A stretch of 64,000 nucleotides of DNA from Candidatus Woesebacteria bacterium. GTDB taxonomy: Bacteria > Patescibacteriota > Microgenomatia > UBA8517. The position numbers and the translations under genes were made by a program. The notes under the pieces are model-generated. The model worked only from the letters and a program-made list of their open reading frames with translations, had not been told where the DNA came from and searched no databases. The stretch is taken from assembly GCA_016432525.1 (NCBI GenBank), contig CP066693.1, positions 416,815 to 480,814 on the forward strand. The letters are read 5' to 3'. The first letter of the stretch is position 1. Each line of letters opens with the position of its first letter. This document shows, piece after piece, positions 39,568 through 48,456 of this stretch.

Positions 39568-39778
39568 CCGATTTTATATTGTGTTAGTTTCGATGCTAGT
39601 TGTTCTGGCAGTTATTACTTTCTTTACTTTAAGAACAGTCTTTGGATCAATTAATAAATCCCACGAAGTCGATACAACAATTCCCCAAGATAACAACTTA
39701 AGCATAAATGCAAATTCGTTAAACGAAGCCTTAAAATACGTTTCTCAAAAGAATTTCACTCCACTTGACTTAAAGTAA
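39548..39778 (+). CDS. Small membrane protein
   Basis: Start MKTLKIDRF at 39548 overlaps the upstream stop. Single TM. Confidence 0.3.
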   Translation: MKTLKIDRFYIVLVSMLVVLAVITFFTLRTVFGSINKSHEVDTTIPQDNNLSINANSLNEALKYVSQKNFTPLDLK

Positions 39779-39823
39779 GCAAAGTGTGTAACCTTAAATA
39801 ATAAGAAAAGGGGGTGAGTAAAC

Positions 39824-40303
39824 TTGAACACGAAAACAAATAAGGGTTTTACATTAATTGAGTTGTTGGTAGTTATCGGTATTATTGGAATCTTAACCGC
39901 AATCGTTTTGATTGCCGTGAATCCTGGTCGTCAGTTTGCTCAAGCCCGAGATGCTCAAAGAAGAACAGATCTTTTGGCTATAACAAATGCTGTATATCAA
40001 TTTGCAGCAGAGCATAATGGCAATTTGCCAGACACCAATGCTGATCCAAATATAAATAGCTTTCCTAGCACTGCAACATGTATTGGTTCAGGACCAACAT
40101 GTTTTAATTTAGGTGCAGCAGGAGTTGCAGAATCAACACCAGTTGGCACACCGATTGTTCCAACCTATATTGCTGGAATGCCGAAGGATCCATCAACTGG
40201 TTCTGATGCAAACACTATGTATACGATCTATAGAGATGCAAATGGTAGATTGCAAGCATCAGCAAGCGGAGAATTAACTCCATCAATTAGTGTAGTTAGG
40301 TAA
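39824..40303 (+). CDS. pilA: Type IV major pilin (PilA-like), TTG start
   Basis: RBS AAAGGGGGTGAG. NTKTNKG|FTLIELLVVIGIIGILTAIV prepilin signal. Confidence 0.75.
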   Translation: MNTKTNKGFTLIELLVVIGIIGILTAIVLIAVNPGRQFAQARDAQRRTDLLAITNAVYQFAAEHNGNLPDTNADPNINSFPSTATCIGSGPTCFNLGAAGVAESTPVGTPIVPTYIAGMPKDPSTGSDANTMYTIYRDANGRLQASASGELTPSISVVR

Positions 40304-40365
40304 AGAAAAAGAGAGAAGTAAAGCTTTAGTGCCCTTCTCTCTTTTTTGTGAAAAAAGCAGTTTTT

Positions 40366-40983
40366 CTACCTTTTACTTTTCCTATCCTTTTTTCCATCTT
40401 CTAGCATTTGCTGCACTTTTTTGGGCAAATTTCTGATTACTTGATCCAAGAATTTCATCTCAAAGGCTTGCTGGGCTGTAAAAGATCGTTCGTATAAAGC
40501 AAACTCCTTAAGCTTTTCGACCGAAAGACCAGTCCGTCTTGAAACTTGTTCAGCAGTCATCAGCTCTATAGCTAACGCATGTTCAACAGGCCAAGTTTCA
40601 CCTGCAATTAATGCCGCAAGTTCTTGATTGCCAAGTCTTGAGTTTCCCCAATGAAACATCAAACTTGCATCTTCAACAGCTGATCTAGTATCACATTGCT
40701 GTAATAGGTTAAAAGCGTTTGAGAATGCCCTCCCCATCACAAGACCATTAAACTCCAATCCTGATTCGATCATTGCAGCCTTTATTGCTGCATAAGTCAA
40801 ATTCCATCCTCCTGTGCTGTTTATTAACAAAGTCATAGATTTCTTCCCCGTGTTTTTCGAAACAAAAATGCATTCAATCACCACCTCTTCAAGCTGTTCG
40901 TTCATCTCTCCAAAAATTGGAATGTACCCGCCATCAATGAGTTTTAATGCCATCTTACGAAATTCAGGCCACTCGATAATCAT
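40366..40983 (-). CDS. ClpP-family (S14) serine peptidase-like protein, divergent
   Basis: INSTGG (compare INSPGG), GRAFSNAF (GxAxS catalytic Ser context), MFHWG (His), ClpP-like C-terminus. GC higher than the flanks. Confidence 0.55.
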   Translation of the reverse strand: MIIEWPEFRKMALKLIDGGYIPIFGEMNEQLEEVVIECIFVSKNTGKKSMTLLINSTGGWNLTYAAIKAAMIESGLEFNGLVMGRAFSNAFNLLQQCDTRSAVEDASLMFHWGNSRLGNQELAALIAGETWPVEHALAIELMTAEQVSRRTGLSVEKLKEFALYERSFTAQQAFEMKFLDQVIRNLPKKVQQMLEDGKKDRKSKR

Positions 40984-41059
40984 GATCTGTCTCCTTAAAT
41001 GTGCAATACTGAATTTAAAGAAGTATATTCCACTATAGGAATTTTCTCAACTTTAAAAG

Positions 41060-41485
41060 TTATTTTGGAGTAATTTTATTCCTCATCATTTCTTCAATTT
41101 CTTTTTTGAATTTAATCAAATATCGTCTTAAAATTGGAGTTAGTTTTAGTTTTAACGTTTCATCCATTGAGAAAAAACCAATTTCTTGCCCCTCACCTGG
41201 TCCATGTTTAAAAAATTTTGCCTCACCATCTTCTACAAAAGATAAATAAACATACGAAGAATTATGAGCCTTATTTTTAATCTCTATCAAAAATTTTATA
41301 TTCTTAGGACAATAAGAAACTTCTTCCATCAGCTCTCGCTTAACAGCTTGAAGGGGAGTCTCATCTTTTTCTATTCCTCCTCCAGGAAGTGACCAACAAT
41401 CTGGATTTGGAATTAAAGGGGTATCATCTCGATGAAATAGAAGAATTTTCTCTCCCCAAATAATTAGTGTACTACTTCCACTCAT
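41060..41485 (-). CDS. NUDIX hydrolase
   Basis: Nudix box GGGIEKDETPLQAVKRELMEEV. Confidence 0.75.
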   Translation of the reverse strand: MSGSSTLIIWGEKILLFHRDDTPLIPNPDCWSLPGGGIEKDETPLQAVKRELMEEVSYCPKNIKFLIEIKNKAHNSSYVYLSFVEDGEAKFFKHGPGEGQEIGFFSMDETLKLKLTPILRRYLIKFKKEIEEMMRNKITPK

Positions 41486-41658
41486 GTTAATTCTTTATGC
41501 TATAAGATTATACTACAAATTCATTTAAGCCCATAGCACTCCATTAAATTTTCCTTTATAATATATTCTCAAGGAAAGAAATATATGAGTTTAATATGCT
41601 AAACTCGAACACATTGTTTACGCAAATAAGGGTTTTTGAATAAAGCCCCAAAAATTTG

Positions 41659-41681
41659 CCCCGCAAAAGCGGGGTTTTTTC
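41659..41681 (+). terminator. Intrinsic terminator hairpin immediately upstream of polyprenyl synthase start
   Basis: CCCCGCAAAAGCGGGG followed by TTTTTT. No + strand CDS upstream, which suggests the end of a small RNA or an attenuator. Confidence 0.45.
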
Positions 41682-41691
41682 TTGACCAAAA

Positions 41692-42762
41692 ATGCCAGAT
41701 ACACACGAACTATTAATAAACATAGATCTAACAATAGAAAAATTTTTTCCAAAAAAATGGAAAGAGAAAAATTTTTCTTTTTTCATTGGAGAACCAAAGT
41801 TCGAAATTGATTCAAAAACATTAAACAAAAATCTAAACGATCCAATTAGAGATTTCGTACTTCGCGGAGGTAAAAGAATTAGACCTCTTATCTTTTTAAC
41901 TTGCATTGATTTTTTTGGTTTAAATTACAAAAATTATTTAGATTTTGCAGCAATTATTGAACTTTTGCATAATGGCACATTAGTTTTAGATGATATCGAG
42001 GACAACGCAGCTTTAAGGCGTGGAAAACCAACTTGTCATAAAAAATTTGGACTTGATACAGCCACAAATACTGGCGTAAGCCTTCACTTGCTCCCCCTAA
42101 AAATTTTACTTTCAAAAAGAAAAACTCTTCCTCCGGCAAAAGAGCTTGCAATTTGGCAAATAATAATGGAAGAATTAATAAATGTCAGTTTCGGCCAAGC
42201 CTTAGATATTTATTGGCACAAAAATAAATCAGCCGACGAAGTAAATCTCAAAAGATATCTAGAAATGGTAAGGCTTAAAACCGGCTCCTTGATGAGAATG
42301 AGCACGCGCTTAGCTTGTGTTATCGCAGGAGAAGGCGAGAAAATCCAGAAAATTTTTAAAGATTTTGGAGAGTCTATTGGAGTTGCTTTTCAAATCATTG
42401 ACGATTGTTTAGATCTAGCCCCACCTGATGAAAAATTTGGAAAGAGCGTTGGAAATGACATCACAGAAGGAAAGTTAAGCCTTCCAGTAATTTATGCTTT
42501 AAGAATTTTAAAAAATCAAAATGAATTTAAAAAAAGAGAGAGACTAATTCAAATTCTTTCAAAACACACAAGAGATAGAAAATTAATTCACGAAGCAATA
42601 GATTTAATTAAAGGAAGTGGAGCAATTAGAAAATCAGTGAAATTTGCAAATAAGCTAATCGATAAAACATGGCTAAAATTAGAGGAAAAATTAGATCGTA
42701 AAAATGGAAAATTAGATAGCTTGCAAGAACTTTCTTATTTTTTAGTCAAAAGAAATTTTTAA
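41692..42762 (+). CDS. Polyprenyl diphosphate synthase (trans-isoprenyl diphosphate synthase family)
   Basis: First Asp-rich motif LVLDDIEDNAALRRGKP and second motif FQIIDDCLD. Confidence 0.85.
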   Translation: MPDTHELLINIDLTIEKFFPKKWKEKNFSFFIGEPKFEIDSKTLNKNLNDPIRDFVLRGGKRIRPLIFLTCIDFFGLNYKNYLDFAAIIELLHNGTLVLDDIEDNAALRRGKPTCHKKFGLDTATNTGVSLHLLPLKILLSKRKTLPPAKELAIWQIIMEELINVSFGQALDIYWHKNKSADEVNLKRYLEMVRLKTGSLMRMSTRLACVIAGEGEKIQKIFKDFGESIGVAFQIIDDCLDLAPPDEKFGKSVGNDITEGKLSLPVIYALRILKNQNEFKKRERLIQILSKHTRDRKLIHEAIDLIKGSGAIRKSVKFANKLIDKTWLKLEEKLDRKNGKLDSLQELSYFLVKRNF

Positions 42763-42763
42763 A

Positions 42764-43618
42764 ATGCTCAAAAAAATAACTAACTTTTTACTTACTGAAA
42801 TAATCTACAACGGACACCTCCAAGCTCTTGGTGCAGTTGGAATCGTTTATGTATCAACTGTCATAGCTTTTGGAAAAAATCCAAGTTTTATTTCTCTTTT
42901 TATTATCTATCTAGTTTTCCAATTTATTTACTTTTTCGATCGATTTAGAGATATAAGAAAAGACAAACTAACCAATAAAGAAAGATCGGCACACATTGAA
43001 AAATATCTCAAGAAAATCCCCTTCATAATGGGAATTATTTTATTTTTAGTGATTACATTAACTCTTTCAGTTTCAAATGTTTATTCTCTAGTAAGCGAGA
43101 TAACAGTAATGTTTCTAGGAGCAATGTATCCAATTTACTTTAAAGGTTTAACCAAAAAAATTCCCATGTTCAAAAATTTTTATGTGGGATCAGTTCACGC
43201 ACTTTTAGTATTTTTCCCTATTGTTTTCTATAACATAACTCCAATAAAAACTTTATTTTTATTTATTTTATTTTTATATGTCCTTTCTGAGGCAATAATT
43301 TTTCAAATTGCCCTAGATATGAAAGACATTGAAGGTGATAAAAAAGACAAACTTTTAACTCTTCCAGTCTTAATAGGTTTTAAATCCTCTTTAAATACAA
43401 TAAACATATTAAATATAGCCTCTTTCATAATGTTTTTAGCTGTTCAATTCATTTTTAAACTAAATCCAATCCTATATCTTCTAATTTTTTCAAATTTAGT
43501 AATTAATTTCCAAATCTCAAATTTAATCAGAAACAAGAAAAAATCAGGCTATATTTTAAGTGCTTCCAAATTTTTCCTCTGGCTTTGTCTGAGTGTAGTA
43601 GCTAACATTATTGTATGA
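42764..43618 (+). CDS. UbiA-family prenyltransferase
   Basis: Polytopic membrane protein with DxxxDxxxD-like FDRFRDIRKD and second Asp-rich motif DMKDIEGD. Confidence 0.65.
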   Translation: MLKKITNFLLTEIIYNGHLQALGAVGIVYVSTVIAFGKNPSFISLFIIYLVFQFIYFFDRFRDIRKDKLTNKERSAHIEKYLKKIPFIMGIILFLVITLTLSVSNVYSLVSEITVMFLGAMYPIYFKGLTKKIPMFKNFYVGSVHALLVFFPIVFYNITPIKTLFLFILFLYVLSEAIIFQIALDMKDIEGDKKDKLLTLPVLIGFKSSLNTINILNIASFIMFLAVQFIFKLNPILYLLIFSNLVINFQISNLIRNKKKSGYILSASKFFLWLCLSVVANIIV

Positions 43619-45225
43619 ATGTCATACTTCAAAGCCTGGGCAATTTAAGAGATCTTCCAATGCCCACATTCAATAAAATAGCTATCATAGTTATAAATTT
43701 TGTGGCTGTTTCTTTGGTTTTAACAGTTTTAAACCACAACAAACTCAAAGACAGAAAAAGTCAAATATTCGTTCTTATGGGTATTTCCATGCTTGGCTGG
43801 GTAGATTTTGCCTATCTTGCTCGAATCTTTGGAAGGATGCCTGAAATATCCATCATTTTCCTGAAAATTGCTTGGTTATCAACCCCGTTTGTTTTTTTCT
43901 TCACTTACATGACATCAACTCTTCTTGCAAGAGAAGGAAAGCAAAACAAAATTATAACTATTTCTCTTTTAGTCGTAGCAATTATCTTAGGCATAGCAAC
44001 AGCCTTCACCAATTTAACAATTGCTGGAATAAAGTATACAAATGGAATTCTAGATATTGTTTACGGGAACGGTTTTTTCCCTTATTTGGGAGGAGTTTTT
44101 ATTATGATGTTTTTTACCCTTGCTCCTCTTGTTAGAACAAAAATTCAATCAAAATCTAAATTCTTTTTAATTGGAGTAATTATTTTTTATATCATGAATT
44201 TGGCCTTTAACATCACACTTCCAGTTTTTTTTCATATAACAAATCTCTATTTTCTAGGTGATTATTCAACAATTTTCCTACTTGGTTTTACAATGTATGC
44301 AATCCTAAGACATGAACTTTTTGAGATAAAAGTTTTCGCAACAGAAGCGTTAACTCTTATTCTCTGGTCAATTCTTTTTATAAAAATATTTTTCTCTCAA
44401 AATTTAACACAAATAAGTATTGATTCTTTTGTCTTTGCTCTAACAATTGTATTTGGAATTCTCTTAATAAGAAGTGTTAGAAACGAAATTAAACAGAGAG
44501 AAAAATTAGAGGAACTTAACAAAAAAATCGAAGAATTAGACAAACGAAAAGATGAGTTTCTTAATGTTGCAGCTCATGAACTTCGTGCTCCAATGACAGC
44601 AATAAAAGGCTATCTTTCCATGCTTTCAGAAGGGGATGCTGGAAAACTGACTCCAACTCAAACAGATTTTTTAAACGAAGCAACCAATGGAAACGATCGT
44701 CTTATTCGTTTGGTTAATAACATGCTTAATATCTCTCGAATTGAGGAAGGCCGTATGACCTACGAAATGGGGGATATAAATTTAAGTGAAATTGTCAAAA
44801 TCGTCCACGATGACTACCTTCATGAAGCTAAAGAGAAAAATCTTGTGCTTAATCTTGAAGTGCCCCGCGACGTAAAAGATAAAGTCTATGTTGATAAAGA
44901 TAGAATTTTTGAAGTGGTCTCAAATCTCTTAAGTAACGCTATTAAATATACAGATAAAGGAAGTATAAACATAAAACTCAGAAATCAGGATCAAAAAATT
45001 ATTGTTGAAGTAGAAGACACAGGTCCAGGCATAAGTGAAAGTGACCAACAAAAACTTTTCCAGAAATTCTACAGAACAGAGTCCGCTGTAGGGAAAGCAA
45101 AAGGGACAGGCTTAGGTCTTTATGTAAGCCGACTTTTAGTTGAAAAATTTAGAGGCGAAATAGGAGTTAAATCACAAACAGGGCAGGGGAGTACTTTCTG
45201 GTTTAAGCTTCCGCTCAAAAGCTAA
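43615..45225 (+). CDS. Sensor histidine kinase with polytopic membrane sensor domain
   Basis: At least 7 TM N-terminal region, coiled-coil linker, HisKA AAHELRAPMT, HATPase N/G boxes (LLSNAIKYT, GTGLGL). Confidence 0.85.
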   Translation: MNVILQSLGNLRDLPMPTFNKIAIIVINFVAVSLVLTVLNHNKLKDRKSQIFVLMGISMLGWVDFAYLARIFGRMPEISIIFLKIAWLSTPFVFFFTYMTSTLLAREGKQNKIITISLLVVAIILGIATAFTNLTIAGIKYTNGILDIVYGNGFFPYLGGVFIMMFFTLAPLVRTKIQSKSKFFLIGVIIFYIMNLAFNITLPVFFHITNLYFLGDYSTIFLLGFTMYAILRHELFEIKVFATEALTLILWSILFIKIFFSQNLTQISIDSFVFALTIVFGILLIRSVRNEIKQREKLEELNKKIEELDKRKDEFLNVAAHELRAPMTAIKGYLSMLSEGDAGKLTPTQTDFLNEATNGNDRLIRLVNNMLNISRIEEGRMTYEMGDINLSEIVKIVHDDYLHEAKEKNLVLNLEVPRDVKDKVYVDKDRIFEVVSNLLSNAIKYTDKGSINIKLRNQDQKIIVEVEDTGPGISESDQQKLFQKFYRTESAVGKAKGTGLGLYVSRLLVEKFRGEIGVKSQTGQGSTFWFKLPLKS

Positions 45226-45228
45226 AAC

Positions 45229-45795
45229 TTAGTTATCGCAATCTTCTTTATCCCAATTCCACCCGCATCCATGTGGAGGTTTTTGTGGGATAGATATTGC
45301 CGAAAAGCTAAGATCAAATTTTGTTTTTCTTTTCTGGTATAAATTTCCCGCATTTTTATCAAAGCATATTTTAAATAAATAATTTGTTGACTTCCCTGCT
45401 TTCACAATAGATAGGGGAGTGGCCACAAAATGGCTTTTATTAAAAAAGATATTAAGGTGTGTTGGCCCATATAAATTACTTGATCCTTCAGAAATCATTA
45501 GTTTAAGTTTTAGAGGAAAAATAAAATCTCCACCTTCATGTTCTGATTTAACCCCAATAAATTGGCTATTTTTGCTTCCATTTTCTACATTTATAGTTCT
45601 TGTTTCACAATCCCCTGGCATCATATTTTTAACTTCAAATATTGGCCCAGATAAGGGAACACCCAAATAGGTAATAGTAAGTTTTCCAGCAGCTTCCACT
45701 CGCCTGCCGAGGGTTAAATCGCTTCTTACATATTTTGCCCACAAAAATACACAGACAATCAGTAAACTAAAAATAATAATTATTTTCTTTTTCAT
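45229..45795 (-). CDS. Secreted small protein, possibly TasA/camelysin-related
   Basis: Signal peptide. EVKNMMPGDCETRTINVEN resembles the NLSDIKPGDEGENTISF segment of the upstream TasA-like gene. Confidence 0.35.
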   Translation of the reverse strand: MKKKIIIIFSLLIVCVFLWAKYVRSDLTLGRRVEAAGKLTITYLGVPLSGPIFEVKNMMPGDCETRTINVENGSKNSQFIGVKSEHEGGDFIFPLKLKLMISEGSSNLYGPTHLNIFFNKSHFVATPLSIVKAGKSTNYLFKICFDKNAGNLYQKRKTKFDLSFSAISIPQKPPHGCGWNWDKEDCDN

Positions 45796-46919
45796 ATTGA
45801 TCCTACCATTGTCGGCATAACAAAATTAACAATTGCCTTTGACGAAATAAACGGAACGACTTGAGTATTTAAATCAACTATCTGCACTCCACTATCAATA
45901 ATAATAATGTCAGTTGGCGCCCCTCCATTAATTTCTGTTATATCAAAATTGGCAATCTCAAAATTATTTGCTGAAGCATTTGCCACATCCTCTGGTTTAA
46001 TTCCCAAAATAATAATTATCCTTCCTGAATTATTTGCGTCATTCATGCTAGTTTTAAGAATAACATTTCCCAAAAAATTCGTGGTATTTACCTCTGTTGC
46101 CAAATTGACCTTAGTCTTATCAAAATTAATTTCAACTCTTACAAATCCAATTTTATATCCTTTTGGATCGAGCATGAGCTTAAGATTAACATTTGGAGGG
46201 AGGCTGGAAGATGAAGGGTCAAAGTATAAAGAGGCAGGATTTTCAGATCCCGCTTCTTTAGTTATCCAAGATGTTGCTGCTCCAAGCACATTTCCAAGAC
46301 TATTGACCTTGTCCATAAAATATGAATTAGTTGTTGCAATAATTATCAAAAGTGTACCAGTCAGGGGAATGATAATACTGAGTTTGGGAATAGGTGACGA
46401 AAATTTTACCCTAGCTAAAATCTCTCTTTTAATAACTTTCAACTCTTCATAAACAATTATTGTTGCAGGAATTACTACTAAAATAAGAAATCCCTTTGGC
46501 TCCTTTGAAAAATTAGCAGCATAACCTGCGTAGGGAAGACTAAAAATAACTTTCCCAATGATATTATTTTGTGTTATATCAGCGGGATCGTTTGTTTTAT
46601 TGGCATCCCCTTTAACAGTGAAATGTGGGTCATTCAGATGCCCAGTAGGGTAGGAAAAGGAGACTATTCTGTGAGTAACAGGGTTTTTAAAGTCCCCGTT
46701 TTGAGCATAAGAAACAACATCTCCAACTTTGTAATATTTTTGGCTTGCAACAAGAGAAATACTTCCAGTTTTTATTTCAGGTTCCATTGAACCAGAAAGA
46801 ACAATATAAGCAGAATATCTGTGATTAAAAAGTCCTAAATTTAAGGCAATTAAAAATATCAGAAGCCCCAATAAAGCCCCAATAATATAAGCTATGGTTT
46901 TGTGTTTATTACCCTTCAA
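45792..46919 (-). CDS. Signal peptidase I, SipW/archaeal-type, with large C-terminal extension
   Basis: N-terminal TM followed by VLSGSMEP catalytic Ser box. 375 aa. ATGA overlap with the downstream gene. Confidence 0.65.
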   Translation of the reverse strand: MKGNKHKTIAYIIGALLGLLIFLIALNLGLFNHRYSAYIVLSGSMEPEIKTGSISLVASQKYYKVGDVVSYAQNGDFKNPVTHRIVSFSYPTGHLNDPHFTVKGDANKTNDPADITQNNIIGKVIFSLPYAGYAANFSKEPKGFLILVVIPATIIVYEELKVIKREILARVKFSSPIPKLSIIIPLTGTLLIIIATTNSYFMDKVNSLGNVLGAATSWITKEAGSENPASLYFDPSSSSLPPNVNLKLMLDPKGYKIGFVRVEINFDKTKVNLATEVNTTNFLGNVILKTSMNDANNSGRIIIILGIKPEDVANASANNFEIANFDITEINGGAPTDIIIIDSGVQIVDLNTQVVPFISSKAIVNFVMPTMVGSI

Positions 46920-47006
46920 AGCCCGGAATCAACTAACTTTAAATTAATTAACTCCAGGCTTTCCCTGTCCTACTAAGCGGGACAGGGAAAAAGCACTAAA
47001 CTATCA

Positions 47007-48284
47007 TCACTCCAATTTGGCATTTGAAAATGCCACCTGTCCCCAATCTGCACACCAACCTGCTACAGGCTGAGTTGCAAGTAATTCAACATGCACAGTT
47101 CCTGTTTTACCTGGAAATGTGAATGTAGTTGTTTTCCATACTTCAGCACCACCTGTGGAAGTTGCAATATATGAACCGATTTTCGTACCTTCAACATATA
47201 CATCAAAACTATCATTGACTGCTCCGTCAAGATGTTCCAAAGTTAATTTTGTTGCGGTACCAACTCCTGCATTCATAGTAAAAAATGCCGGTCTAGCTGC
47301 CGGATCAGCACACCCGTTGATATCACCCTTTCCCATTAAAAGCCTGAGTGTGCTATCACTGCTTCCTCCTCCGTAATTACCACCCCATCCCGGTTTAACC
47401 CAAGGGTTGCTCCATTCGGTAAGATTATGTCCTACTTCGCTTGCCACATCTCCTATATTCAAATAGTCAGAAACAGGTACAACACAACGGAAATTGGGAT
47501 TATTTCTGGATTGAACTACGTCAAAAGTGATATCTGCTTGTACTGAATCACCTTGAGCTTCATTACCTAAAGTTGATCCATCACAGATAATAGTGTGATC
47601 TGTTTCATTAACAGTCATAGTACCAGCACACCATCTTAAACCAATACAAGTTTTTTGATTTAGATCAGGATTACCTTTCAGTGGACCAAGTCCTGTGGTT
47701 GAATCAGCGAGTGCATAAGTCTTTCCATTCAAAACATCGCTTGCTGGTCCCACTTTGTTTGAAAACAAAAGCGTTTCTTTGTCATCAAACTTATTATTAC
47801 AGTCAGGATCGCTCCATGCTGTAAAATACAAACCCTTTGCAAGATCTTGAGTTTGGTGACCTGTGGTCATATTATTAATTTTTGCACAAGCCCATGCATC
47901 GTTAGTAACATGAAAGCTAATGGTATTTTCTCCTTCATCGCCTGGTTTAATATCTGAAAGATTGAAAAATCTCTCATTTACTAAACTTTTCAGCGGCCAT
48001 GTTCCATCACAAGGTTTGCCTATCAAATCCTCGCGTTGAGAAGGAATTTCAGAATTTTCTCTTTGCCACACAGAAGGCCCTCCTGTAAGCGGAATAGTAC
48101 ATACTAAACCATCATAATGGGCTTCACTGTCAATTGTTAAATCAAGTGTTCCAGCTTGTATGATATTTCCCTTTGATACTTCCTTATCACTAAAGAAAGC
48201 TCTAGAGGCACCAACTCCGGCAACCCCAACTACTCCAATTGTTAACAAACTTAAAAATATTCTTTTCAATTTTCTCACCCCCAA
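47007..48284 (-). CDS. TasA/camelysin (SipW-cognate) family secreted protein with C-terminal extra domain
   Basis: Signal peptide ending in SRAFFSDKE, plus AGTLDL and NLSDIKPGD family motifs. GC clearly higher than background. Confidence 0.7.
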   Translation of the reverse strand: MGVRKLKRIFLSLLTIGVVGVAGVGASRAFFSDKEVSKGNIIQAGTLDLTIDSEAHYDGLVCTIPLTGGPSVWQRENSEIPSQREDLIGKPCDGTWPLKSLVNERFFNLSDIKPGDEGENTISFHVTNDAWACAKINNMTTGHQTQDLAKGLYFTAWSDPDCNNKFDDKETLLFSNKVGPASDVLNGKTYALADSTTGLGPLKGNPDLNQKTCIGLRWCAGTMTVNETDHTIICDGSTLGNEAQGDSVQADITFDVVQSRNNPNFRCVVPVSDYLNIGDVASEVGHNLTEWSNPWVKPGWGGNYGGGSSDSTLRLLMGKGDINGCADPAARPAFFTMNAGVGTATKLTLEHLDGAVNDSFDVYVEGTKIGSYIATSTGGAEVWKTTTFTFPGKTGTVHVELLATQPVAGWCADWGQVAFSNAKLE

Positions 48285-48456
48285 TCTATTTTTATTCTCG
48301 AAGTATTAAAATTTAATGATAGGATTCTATTCAACTTAGCCCAACTTATCACACACTATCTACTACCTGTCAACTATATCTTAGTATATAGTTTTATATT
48401 ATATTCTGAAAAATCAAGCTGGATTAGACAATTATCTAAATGTTATTATTTAAGTC

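Noticed and set aside
41556-41906. 116-aa minus-strand ORF overlapping the polyprenyl synthase start
   Set aside because: It overlaps a well-supported gene and an intrinsic terminator and has low-complexity composition. Judged spurious.
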